Made by a program: the position numbers and the translations under genes
From: an uncultured Bdellovibrio sp.
Lineage (GTDB): Bacteria > Bdellovibrionota > Bdellovibrionia > Bdellovibrionales > Bdellovibrionaceae
Reading direction: 5' to 3'
DNA: 64,000 bases
NCBI GenBank assembly: GCA_963932905.1
Contig: CAWVRN010000012.1
Location: 32,001-96,000 of the forward strand
Shown here: in pieces, positions 1 to 8,820 of the stretch
Layout: every line of letters starts with the position of its first letter
Numbering within the stretch: position 1 is the stretch's first letter
Notes under the pieces: model-generated
Databases searched by the model: none
What the model saw: the letters and a program-made list of their open reading frames with translations, nothing else
Told to the model about the DNA's origin: nothing

Positions 1-654
1 TTTATGCTGACTCACTTTGGATGGAAAGCGGCCCTTGCGTGTTTTGTTTCAACAATGATTTGTTTTTATCAGTATAGAAAATCTATATTGGCATTGAAAA
101 TTGGAACGTCGTCAGCACACAAATCGCCAATGTGGGTTCAATTGATATCACTTGTTTTCATTGGCGTTATCGTTCTGTGGCATAAACTACCGATGATTTT
201 TATTGGTATATTTCTGGCATTCTTGGTTTTTGCGCAGTTCACCCGACGATATCAAGATAGATTGAAAATGAAAGAATCGGGTTTAGTGGGATTCTTCTTG
301 GCCGGTCTGGTTGTGCTGGGCGGACTGCAAAGTTGGTGGCTAGAGCCAATTATCAGCCGATTAAGTTCGTTATTTTTATATATGAGTGCGATCGCGCTGA
401 CGGCTGTGACTGACAATGCGGCAATTACCTATTTAGGAACATTAGTTAGTCATCTACCCGACGAATCAAAATATGCGTTAGTCGCAGGTGCTGTGGTAGG
501 CGGGGGGTTAACCGTGATTGCGAACGCGCCAAATCCAGCTGGTTATGGAATATTGAATTCAAGTTTTGGAGTGACAGGGATTAAGGCTTCAAAGCTGTTC
601 GTGGCGGCACTGATGCCGACGCTTGTCGCGGCGGCCATATTCTGGTTTCTTTAA
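1..654 (+). CDS. Putative Na+/H+ antiporter-like membrane protein (DUF1504 type), 5'-truncated by window edge
   Basis: Multi-TM protein with TDNAAITYL and GAVVGGGLTVIANAPNPAG motifs of ion-transporter superfamily members. Confidence 0.7.
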   Translation, partial: FMLTHFGWKAALACFVSTMICFYQYRKSILALKIGTSSAHKSPMWVQLISLVFIGVIVLWHKLPMIFIGIFLAFLVFAQFTRRYQDRLKMKESGLVGFFLAGLVVLGGLQSWWLEPIISRLSSLFLYMSAIALTAVTDNAAITYLGTLVSHLPDESKYALVAGAVVGGGLTVIANAPNPAGYGILNSSFGVTGIKASKLFVAALMPTLVAAAIFWFL

Positions 655-1418
655 TCTAAAGTCAGAATTTCTTTTTCCATCGAATAGATGGATTCTTGTA
701 AGCGAGTTTTGTTGTTGTTAAGACTTCTAATTTCATTATCCGATTGATTGATTTTTGTACGTAAATCACGTTTTTTATCTTCTGTTGGGTCCGTTTGATT
801 CGCGTTGGCTGGAGTTGGGCGAACCAATTGAATCGCTTCAACCACTTTTAATTCACCTTCTAAATTTGATTTGCGCAAACTGGATGCATTGATATCTGAA
901 TTTATTTTTTGAATACGATTTTGGTTCTCTGCCACTGACGCCGTTAGGTATTTCTTGCGGCCTTTGCGATATTCTTTCATGAAGGCTTCTTCTTTTTCTT
1001 TAGGGCAAATTTGATTGTAAGTTCCACCTCCAGATCCAAAAGTAAATCCACTGGATGGTTCGCAGAATGCTTGTACACCTTCATTGTGCTTGGCAGTTAA
1101 AAGTTTAACTTGTCCAGGGTCGCAAAATTCTGAATTGAAAAACTGACCTTTCTTGCCGCTGGCATAAACGATTTCTGGTTTGCAGTAATTTGACATTCCA
1201 GATTTAAAACCAAGGTCAAGTTGTGATTCTTGGATTTCTGCTTCGACTTTACGGCACTCATTCAGGTAATTATCGCTGTTCAGACGTTTGCCAGTCATCG
1301 CGATTTGGTAGCCGTAATCAAACCAATTTTTCCTCTCGCAATCTTTGCGAGTGAAATAGGAAGCACACGAACATAAAACAAAAGAAACAGACAAAAGAAT
1401 AGTAAATTTCAAATTCAT
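651..1418 (-). CDS. DUF2799-domain lipoprotein with C-terminal coiled coil
   Basis: Lipobox LCSC; repeated C..W..G...G / G...YC motifs; heptad-rich C-terminus. Confidence 0.75.
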   Translation of the reverse strand: MNLKFTILLSVSFVLCSCASYFTRKDCERKNWFDYGYQIAMTGKRLNSDNYLNECRKVEAEIQESQLDLGFKSGMSNYCKPEIVYASGKKGQFFNSEFCDPGQVKLLTAKHNEGVQAFCEPSSGFTFGSGGGTYNQICPKEKEEAFMKEYRKGRKKYLTASVAENQNRIQKINSDINASSLRKSNLEGELKVVEAIQLVRPTPANANQTDPTEDKKRDLRTKINQSDNEIRSLNNNKTRLQESIYSMEKEILTLD

Positions 1419-1590
1419 AAGCTCACTTCTTTGCGAAATAAAGTACAGTTTGCTTATAAGTGTATTCTAGAATTGATTGAAAGGAACACGATTAACTTTC
1501 AGCATTACGAACGGTGTGAAATAATTTAACTCCGACAGAAATCTCACCCTAAGTCTGGGTCTTAATTTTCAGGTTTTGGGCTAATTAGAC

Positions 1591-1618
1591 TAGAACTGTG
1601 TCCGTCGTCCGCCGATAA
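1591..1618 (+). promoter_or_regulatory. Putative sigma28 (FliA) promoter
   Basis: Exact GCCGATAA -10 at 1611-1618; TAGA at 1591-1594 with a 16-nt spacer. Confidence 0.6.
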
Positions 1619-1622
1619 TAAA

Positions 1623-2714
1623 ATGATGCGTCTATATTTCATATTGCCTGTTCTATTTTTTAATATCTCGCTACTGGCTGAGGGCAATCAATGTCTAGAT
1701 GGTTCTCCGAATAATCAAAAATTTAGACGCATTTTAGAATCTTCAAACTACTTCTTGGTTAAAGAATTTCGAGCCAAAGGTTTGTTCAAACCAACGGAAG
1801 GTGGAATCGGTTGTAGGGACTGTTCTACCGTTGCTCAACGTCTGGGATTGCCTGAAAAATTAACGGAAATTCCCAAAGAGTGTATTCAGGCTTCATTGAA
1901 ACGCAAAGTCGCGCAGAGTAGTATCGAGTGCAATCGTACGCCGGCTGGAAATTGGACGTACACGTCGCATTCAGCACGTTCTAAAAATACACCGTGCATT
2001 GATGATTCCAGCGTGGATTATATTCATTTTGTGACGAATAAGGTAATTTCATGTTTCCAAGGTCTGCCCATGAAAAACGGAGTTAAAGAATCCATTGATC
2101 CCAAAGTTTTGTATTCTAAACTAAACAACGAAAGTAGTTTCAATTTCACCTATTCGTATAGTGGCGGTGTGGGTGCGGGACAATTAACAGGCTGGGCCGT
2201 TCAAGAGATGAACGTGCTTGATCCGCGTCGCACGGGTGGAAAAACGGTTAAGGGTAACGGCCGTTTTATCTTGGATGAAATTTTAAATTCATCCAACCCA
2301 GAGTGTGGTGGATTGAAACCGGTCATCGAGAATGATTTAAAATTTAAATATCATTCGCCTAGAAAAATTAACTGCGAGTGGGTCTCAATGGAAAATGGGT
2401 TAGCTAGAAATCTAATTTATTCCATTGGCTATTTTTCTTATTTAAAGCATCAGATCATTGGCAAAGAATTAAAAAAACGTGCGCCTAATGCGTATAATGA
2501 TCCTGAATTGCTAAATTTGTTAACTTTAGTTGGATACGGGCCTAAAGGTGCTAATCGCGCGTTAACGTTGATTCGTACGCTACGAATTGGGGCGCCTCCA
2601 TTTTCTAACGAATATTTCAAACAACAACTAAGAAAAGAAGCTTATTTGTCAAACACAGCCTCGAAAATGGCAGAAGTGAAAAAAATCGCGGGGGGCCAAT
2701 GTCGACTTTTATAA
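1623..2714 (+). CDS. Secreted lytic transglycosylase (SLT)-like protein
   Basis: Signal peptide; NNESSFN...GGVGAGQLT matches SLT motifs I/II (ES...GxxQ); Cys-rich N-terminus; start may be ATG 1626. Confidence 0.55.
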   Translation: MMRLYFILPVLFFNISLLAEGNQCLDGSPNNQKFRRILESSNYFLVKEFRAKGLFKPTEGGIGCRDCSTVAQRLGLPEKLTEIPKECIQASLKRKVAQSSIECNRTPAGNWTYTSHSARSKNTPCIDDSSVDYIHFVTNKVISCFQGLPMKNGVKESIDPKVLYSKLNNESSFNFTYSYSGGVGAGQLTGWAVQEMNVLDPRRTGGKTVKGNGRFILDEILNSSNPECGGLKPVIENDLKFKYHSPRKINCEWVSMENGLARNLIYSIGYFSYLKHQIIGKELKKRAPNAYNDPELLNLLTLVGYGPKGANRALTLIRTLRIGAPPFSNEYFKQQLRKEAYLSNTASKMAEVKKIAGGQCRLL

Positions 2715-3097
2715 AGACTTTTATTTTGGCGGTGTTCGCTATTTCTGCGGTGTTCGCAAATTCGATGGAAGGCAAGCTTGATCTTGTGGCGGCTGAAAAA
2801 GCGCAGCTGGCAAAGTTAGCAGAGCGTACAGATTTGACGGTAAAAGAATGGCTTCAATTTGTTGATCAAGTTGATGCAAAATGCACAGCGGAACAGAACC
2901 CAGAAAAACAAACACAAATGTGTTCATTCTATTATCAAATTTATAAAATTGGTGAATTATTCAGCGAAACTCAGCCATCTGGTCCTAATTGGGAACAGTG
3001 TCTACGGGCGGGTGTTACATCCGATAGTTTGTCGACGAACGAATCAGTCAGAACTCATGTGAACAGGATTGCGAATAAGTTATGTCCAAAAAAATAA
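2699..3097 (+). CDS. Small secreted 4-Cys hypothetical protein
   Basis: Signal peptide (VFA-N); overlaps both neighbours, so probably co-transcribed. Confidence 0.65.
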   Translation: MSTFIKTFILAVFAISAVFANSMEGKLDLVAAEKAQLAKLAERTDLTVKEWLQFVDQVDAKCTAEQNPEKQTQMCSFYYQIYKIGELFSETQPSGPNWEQCLRAGVTSDSLSTNESVRTHVNRIANKLCPKK

Positions 3098-4272
3098 TTC
3101 AATCGCTTCTTGCGATCACTCTTTTTATGACCGTGTCGTGTTCGCAAAATGCGATGCATACGTTAGGAGCCAACGATACTGATACGTCAAAATTGGCTCC
3201 GCCAGAAGAGGACGGCGATTCAGAATTTCATCCGCCACCCGAAGACGATGGCCCGAGTCAAGCGACTCCGGTAATTGTCAGTCCGACTCCAAATTTTTGT
3301 TCAAAGTTAGATCTAGCTGGCGTGACGTGGCCAATCGAATTAGCCTCCGCAGGGCAGGCCCATTTAGCTTTAGCTTTAAATATCACCGGCAGTTTCGAAG
3401 GCCGCAGTGGTTGGGCGAACTTAAGCAATAACTTTGATGGGATGGGTTTTAGTATCGGTTTATTGCAACAAAACTTGGGCATGGGGTCGATGCAGCCTTT
3501 ATTGAATGAATTGATCACAGCTAAGGGACAAGGTGCCAACGTTGGTATGGATGAGGCCCACTATGTGGCTTTAAAATCCATGGTCAGTCAGTGGAACAAA
3601 GATCAAGCAGCCAAAGCCTCATCGGCTTCATTTATCTCGGAATCAGCTGGCAGCGAGGATTCTCCGTTTTTAAATGATAACGTGAATATTTCTCGGTACG
3701 ATGTGGATTATGACGCACCAGTTTCAGAAGTATCTAATGAAATCATACCTCTAAGCGACACGCTTTCGGCGAAGAGCGTCGCTACCGCGAATAAAAACTC
3801 GGTGAGTTGGGCGTTAAAAAATATTTATTCTGATCGTGGTAAGACATTTAAATCGGATTGGAACGAAAACTTAACGAACATGGCGCAATCAAAGCCCTAT
3901 GTAAGTTTGCAATTAAAGTACGCGATGAAGCTATACAATCAGGCATTTCGATACTTTCAATCCTTTAAATTAGGCACTTTAAGCAGTTTCCTGCTGATGT
4001 TCGATTTCGTAGTACAAAATGGTGGTTTTAAGCAGCGTGTATTTGATGATTATGCGTTGAAATTAAAGGCGCAACCGAATATGAGTGAGCAAGACAAAGC
4101 ACTTCTGATATTACAACTACGTCTTCGTGATGTTTCAGTCCGGTGGCAAAATGACGTCAGTGCCAGAAAAAAAACGATTATTTTTTCTGAAGGCACTGTA
4201 CATGGGGCCAAAAGGAATCTGAAATCGGAGTATTGTTATACGCCGAGCTCACCTGTCCTAACGCAACCTTAA
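3082..4272 (+). CDS. Lipoprotein with lysozyme/chitosanase-like (GH46-type) catalytic motif
   Basis: Lipobox VSC; Pro/acidic linker; ITGSFEG...NFDGMGFSIG resembles the E...DGRGYTxG motif; FDFVVQNGG. Confidence 0.55.
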   Translation: MSKKIIQSLLAITLFMTVSCSQNAMHTLGANDTDTSKLAPPEEDGDSEFHPPPEDDGPSQATPVIVSPTPNFCSKLDLAGVTWPIELASAGQAHLALALNITGSFEGRSGWANLSNNFDGMGFSIGLLQQNLGMGSMQPLLNELITAKGQGANVGMDEAHYVALKSMVSQWNKDQAAKASSASFISESAGSEDSPFLNDNVNISRYDVDYDAPVSEVSNEIIPLSDTLSAKSVATANKNSVSWALKNIYSDRGKTFKSDWNENLTNMAQSKPYVSLQLKYAMKLYNQAFRYFQSFKLGTLSSFLLMFDFVVQNGGFKQRVFDDYALKLKAQPNMSEQDKALLILQLRLRDVSVRWQNDVSARKKTIIFSEGTVHGAKRNLKSEYCYTPSSPVLTQP

Positions 4273-4432
4273 CATACTCACACAGTCGATAAATTTTTTT
4301 CAGTTATTAAATTAATTTCGTTCTCTTTTAAAATCTTTTCGGTATAACCATCTCAACTTTTCAAAGCACATGCGAATTGTGACGTGCATACTTCATCGAA
4401 GTGGCAACGTTGCAGGGACCAAGGGGGAACGA

Positions 4433-5620
4433 ATGTACTTTAACCATCGAGCGACTTATTTGGCTCTAACTCTGACACTGTTTTTGTCAGCAGTTTTTCA
4501 AGCCAAAGCTCAAAGCTCTTCGACACTTTCTGTGTCGCCAAATCTTTCAGCTCCGAAAGATGAAGAAGAAAAACCATATAAACCAACAGGCAAAGTTGCG
4601 TTTACTTTGTATAGCCGGCAAACGGAAGACTCTTTTTCTCGCAGTCATCAAGGCACAATTATAATTAACCCTGATTTTTCTGCCAAGTATGGTGATTATA
4701 TTTCATTGAATCTTGAATTGGCGGGGTTATTCGGTTCCGGAAATGCGAGTAATTTTTGGACAGATGATGGGAAGGCGCCGAACTCAATTTTGCTCCACGA
4801 AGCTGCAGCAAAATTAAATTTACACAAAAATGTTTATATTAAAGCTGGCGCATTGAAAGCGACGTTGAATCCGTTAGTGTCCATCATGCCTGTTACTTTT
4901 GGTGGCGCATTCATGGCGACACAGGAAGAATGGAAAATCGGGGCCGATGACTCGAACATTTCTATAAGTGCCTTTCAAGGGATTCCTTCGTCAGGTACAG
5001 TCACAAAACGTATTTATGATGACGGTACTCAAGCTTATTTTCTGACCCAAACTTTAGCCGGAATGTTAAAGGTGAACACCGGGACGGAATTGAAAGTTGC
5101 AGCGACACGTTTTCAATTTGAAAACCTATCAACAAACGTAGCCACGGATTCTTATTTCTTGGGAAACTCGCTGTCTTCATTTGAAGGCAGTTCGAAATCA
5201 TTCCGTTTCCGCAATGGTTTTATGGGAACAGAGTCGGGCGCAACGGTAAAACAAGAAATTGGTAAACACGAAGTGTTCGCGTTCGTTTCAACAATCATCA
5301 ATGATCAAGCCGCTGAAGGTAAAAACAAAGGTAGGATGGTTGGCGGCAGCGTTAAAGCTGTATTCGGTAATTACATCGTTCGTCCTTCTTACACTCGATT
5401 TAACTACGATGCGGATGTGACTCCGGCAGTATACACAACAATGACTAGTCGTTTTCAAAATCGTGATGGTTACCGCGTGGGTATCGATATCGAATTGAAA
5501 AAAGAAAGACTCGCTTTAAAAAATTACTACATCAAAATGGATTTAAAAGATGCAAATCCATACCTTGCTGATCGTGAAATCTACAACATAGCTGTGGAGG
5601 CTAAGTATGACATTTTCTAA
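4433..5620 (+). CDS. Outer-membrane beta-barrel (putative porin)
   Basis: Signal peptide from ATG 4433 (RBS GGGGG); alternating beta-strand pattern; C-terminal YDIF. Confidence 0.65.
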   Translation: MYFNHRATYLALTLTLFLSAVFQAKAQSSSTLSVSPNLSAPKDEEEKPYKPTGKVAFTLYSRQTEDSFSRSHQGTIIINPDFSAKYGDYISLNLELAGLFGSGNASNFWTDDGKAPNSILLHEAAAKLNLHKNVYIKAGALKATLNPLVSIMPVTFGGAFMATQEEWKIGADDSNISISAFQGIPSSGTVTKRIYDDGTQAYFLTQTLAGMLKVNTGTELKVAATRFQFENLSTNVATDSYFLGNSLSSFEGSSKSFRFRNGFMGTESGATVKQEIGKHEVFAFVSTIINDQAAEGKNKGRMVGGSVKAVFGNYIVRPSYTRFNYDADVTPAVYTTMTSRFQNRDGYRVGIDIELKKERLALKNYYIKMDLKDANPYLADREIYNIAVEAKYDIF

Positions 5621-8015
5621 ACAAGCATTAACATTCGCTTTGGCCCTAGTATTGGGTGCCGTAGTTAGTTGTGGAAAACGTGATGATCATATGCGTACTT
5701 CTGATCCGGATTCAGATGCGACTTTCTACGTAGATAAAGACGTAAAAATTTGGGGCAAAGTGATCGTTACTCGTGACGTTCAACAAAAACCCAATCAAAA
5801 AGATTATAAAATCCAAGCATGTATCAAAGATAACGCGTTACTTGCGATTGTGCAGTTCCAAGACTTCAAAGTGATTGCAGCTGACGGACAAGAGATGGTG
5901 AAAACAACGGACAAATTTGGTTGCATCATTTGGGACGAACAAATTCGTTACGATGCTTTAGCAAACGAAGCAGAATTATTGGTGCATCGTAAAGTGCAAG
6001 CCATCAGTGGTCATGCCGGCACAGTGACTTTGGATTTAGCAATCAATCCTTGGGCATCTGAAGACTCTTTGACCGTGACTGATTTACGTTATGATGAAGC
6101 CTTAAAAGCAAAAACTACAGCGGATGCAGTTTCTTATTCGATGACCCAGTTTCAATCGGATGAAACTCATTCAAGCCCAGCGTTTTCGATGGAAGTTAAC
6201 AAAACGCGCGTAGCGGAAGCGATCGCAAGTCAAAAGAACAAGAAATCGACTGCCGTTGGTCCTGAAACAAGAATGCGTTTAGACGCGATCCAAATGCAAT
6301 TCTTAGGTCATGATTACAGTCAGTACGAAATCACTCCGACATTGAATTTGAAAGTGGCTCATAAATACAGAATTCGTATCAGTCCTCAGTTCATTCGTGA
6401 GAATTTCAATGGAAAGCAAATCTTTGAAACTATTGCCAGCGGTAATGTTAAATTCCACGTAGCGATCTTGAAAGACACAGTAAATCCTAAAGCAGGAACG
6501 ACTTACCAAATGGGTGACGTTCTTTCGACATCAGAATTTGTCGGTGAAATGATCGACGGCGTGATGGTGGCCGACGTGACTTTGAAATTCCAAGACTTGG
6601 CTCCGTTAACTGGACGAACGATCTTGTTAATGACGGCGTCGTCATTACCTGGCTACATTCAATTCCGCGATGGCAGCTATATTTCTCCGGTGGGTCCATT
6701 AGTGGCGGCGTCTTCAATTTCGTTTGTTCCAAGTAACTGGAGCGCCGAAGTGATTCACGAAAATAACGTGAAGTACCTAGCTCAAAAAGAAAATCGATCT
6801 AAATCTGTTTCTAATTATGACTACTTCAAACAAAAAACTGGTTTCGTAGAAGTGCCACGCAAAATTGATTTAGCTTATGTTGGACGTTCTACATCGTCTT
6901 TCACGGCTCACTATACAGAAATGATGACGTCGCTTGAAAAGAACGACATGAAGTTATCACAAGCGACTCAAGCCGCGATTTGTTCATACTTGACTCAAGA
7001 GCGGGCTCGCGGCGTTCGTGTGTGCGATTCTAAAGCGATTGATTTGATGAACTTCCGTATGCGTGAAATCGTTGAAGAGATCACAAATCCCGTTCCTCAG
7101 CGCGAAGGTATCACGTTAAATGAAGATCTAACGATCAATATGAATTACTTGATCTCTCAAGAGCAAATCAAAGGTAAAGCTCAATCGGCACGAGCGGGTT
7201 GGAATGCGGGCTTAACGGCTGGTATGACTGCCGGTTTAAATGCCGGTTTAGATTTAGATTTGTTGAACAAGTTACAAGATGGTCAAGTTCCTGGATTTAA
7301 ATTGCTGTCGTGGATTTCAAAAATGCTTGGTAACACGGCTCCAGGTAAACCAATCCCAGTAGATCCTAAAGATCCAAATGGTCCAACAATACCAGGCGAC
7401 CCAGTTGTTGTTCCGCCAAAAAGCACATTCGGTACGAAATTAGGAGCGAACTTAGGTGGTAACATCGGCGGCATGGCGACGTACAATAACGATTTGTTCA
7501 CTTGGAATTTAAGTGATTCAAGACGCGAAACAGGTTCGATCACAACGTCTGTGAAATTTGGAGCGAATGCCGAAATGAAAATTTTCAGTTTCCAAGGCAA
7601 ATTCCGCAAATGCTGGCTTGCTAACTTAAGCGCTCCTCTGAAAGACCAAATTGCGAAACAAGCAGGCAAAGACTTTGCGGCACTTAATTTACCAAAAGGT
7701 GTAGTGGCGTGCTTGCCGAAAATCTCTGAAGGCAAACGCAACGAAATGTTCGTATTAGTGAATTCGATCACAGGTATCGCCAATTCGCCGCTAACAGACT
7801 CATTGGCTAGCAGTGAAGCCCCACTACGAATGTTCTTCCGTGGTCCAATGGGCTACCCAGTTTTCAAACACCTAGTCATGGAAAAGAAAATGGAAGTCAG
7901 CTTCAACAAATTCCCGGTTGAAAAACTAGTCAGCGAAGTTCAATCACTGAAAAACGAAGGCGATATGTTCTTGAATCAGGAATTTCCTGGTGTGTTGAAC
8001 AACGTGATTCAATAG
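5607..8015 (+). CDS. Large hypothetical lipoprotein (802 aa)
   Basis: Lipobox VVSC; GGAGG RBS; overlaps upstream porin gene; Gly-rich and Pro-rich insert in C-terminal half. Confidence 0.8.
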   Translation: MTFSKQALTFALALVLGAVVSCGKRDDHMRTSDPDSDATFYVDKDVKIWGKVIVTRDVQQKPNQKDYKIQACIKDNALLAIVQFQDFKVIAADGQEMVKTTDKFGCIIWDEQIRYDALANEAELLVHRKVQAISGHAGTVTLDLAINPWASEDSLTVTDLRYDEALKAKTTADAVSYSMTQFQSDETHSSPAFSMEVNKTRVAEAIASQKNKKSTAVGPETRMRLDAIQMQFLGHDYSQYEITPTLNLKVAHKYRIRISPQFIRENFNGKQIFETIASGNVKFHVAILKDTVNPKAGTTYQMGDVLSTSEFVGEMIDGVMVADVTLKFQDLAPLTGRTILLMTASSLPGYIQFRDGSYISPVGPLVAASSISFVPSNWSAEVIHENNVKYLAQKENRSKSVSNYDYFKQKTGFVEVPRKIDLAYVGRSTSSFTAHYTEMMTSLEKNDMKLSQATQAAICSYLTQERARGVRVCDSKAIDLMNFRMREIVEEITNPVPQREGITLNEDLTINMNYLISQEQIKGKAQSARAGWNAGLTAGMTAGLNAGLDLDLLNKLQDGQVPGFKLLSWISKMLGNTAPGKPIPVDPKDPNGPTIPGDPVVVPPKSTFGTKLGANLGGNIGGMATYNNDLFTWNLSDSRRETGSITTSVKFGANAEMKIFSFQGKFRKCWLANLSAPLKDQIAKQAGKDFAALNLPKGVVACLPKISEGKRNEMFVLVNSITGIANSPLTDSLASSEAPLRMFFRGPMGYPVFKHLVMEKKMEVSFNKFPVEKLVSEVQSLKNEGDMFLNQEFPGVLNNVIQ

Positions 8016-8048
8016 TTCTTTGTTTATCCTTCAATTATGATTACGCGG

Positions 8049-8079
8049 AAAGGGCTCTAGAAATAGAGCCCTTTTTTTT
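8049..8079 (+). terminator. Rho-independent terminator
   Basis: AAAGGGCTCTA-GAAA-TAGAGCCC followed by T8. Confidence 0.9.
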
Positions 8080-8081
8080 GG

Positions 8082-8171
8082 GGTGCCAGCCTACTTTTCC
8101 GGACGCGCCGCAAACGGTGCCAGGCTACTTTTACGTAAGCACTGTGTCCGGAATAGTAGCCTGGCACCGTT
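8082..8171. repeat. Cluster of three REP-like repeats (two forward, one inverted) matching the RAYT-flanking repeat
   Basis: GGTGCCAGCCTACTTTTCCGGAC 8082-8104 (identical to 33708-33730); GGTGCCAGGCTACTTTTACGTA 8116-8137; reverse copy 8146-8168. Confidence 0.9.
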
Positions 8172-8211
8172 CTCCCATAAAGAAGAGTTTAACTTTCTCA
8201 AAATAGTTCAC

Positions 8212-8237
8212 TAAGATTTCCCTAACTCGTTCGTATT
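8212..8237 (+). promoter_or_regulatory. Possible ECF-type autoregulatory promoter
   Basis: TAAG-N16-CGTATT directly upstream of an ECF sigma gene (canonical ECF pattern is AAC...CGT). Confidence 0.35.
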
Positions 8238-8274
8238 ACATATAGAGAGTGTTGCTAAGGCCATAGGAGATCTG

Positions 8275-8820
8275 ATGGGTTTTGGTTCTGCGCCGGAATG
8301 GTTTGAAGGGTTTTATAGGGAGTTTTATCCAAAGCTCTTTCGTTATGCTTTGCGCTTTGTTGAAGTGTCTAAGGCTAGTGAAATTGTTCAGGATTGCTTT
8401 TTAAAGCTTTTAAATGAGCCGGATAAGGAGCCAGACCATTTAGCCTCGTGGCTGTATGTGACCTGTCGTAATCAATGTATTGATGAAATACGAAGGAGAA
8501 AGAAGATGAAGTCGTCGGACGAAATGGATGAAGACCAGCTTGTCGATCAAAGCGACCATTTGGATGATCAAATATATCAGTCTCAGATCAATCAACAATT
8601 AACGGTGGCCTTGGCGGCGTTGTCGTTCAAGGAAAAGGAAGTCATTCGACTAAAGTTTCAAGACGGACTTAGTTACCAGCAAATCAGTGATATCACTGGG
8701 CATAACGTAAATTATGTGGGTGTTCTGATTCATGAAAGCGTTCAGAAAATTAAAGGCAGTGTATTGAAGATCGGTCCTGCAACTCTTAATAAGAAAGGAG
8801 TTCAAAATGGAAAAAAGTAA
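8275..8820 (+). CDS. ECF-family RNA polymerase sigma factor
   Basis: 181 aa; region 2 (EIVQDCFLKL, SWLYVTCRNQCID) and region 4 (KEVIRLKFQDGLSYQQIS). Confidence 0.92.
   Translation: MGFGSAPEWFEGFYREFYPKLFRYALRFVEVSKASEIVQDCFLKLLNEPDKEPDHLASWLYVTCRNQCIDEIRRRKKMKSSDEMDEDQLVDQSDHLDDQIYQSQINQQLTVALAALSFKEKEVIRLKFQDGLSYQQISDITGHNVNYVGVLIHESVQKIKGSVLKIGPATLNKKGVQNGKK

Noticed and set aside
8082..8171. Possible mini CRISPR array
   Set aside because: Spacers only about 10 nt, third copy inverted, no cas genes; the repeat matches the RAYT ends instead
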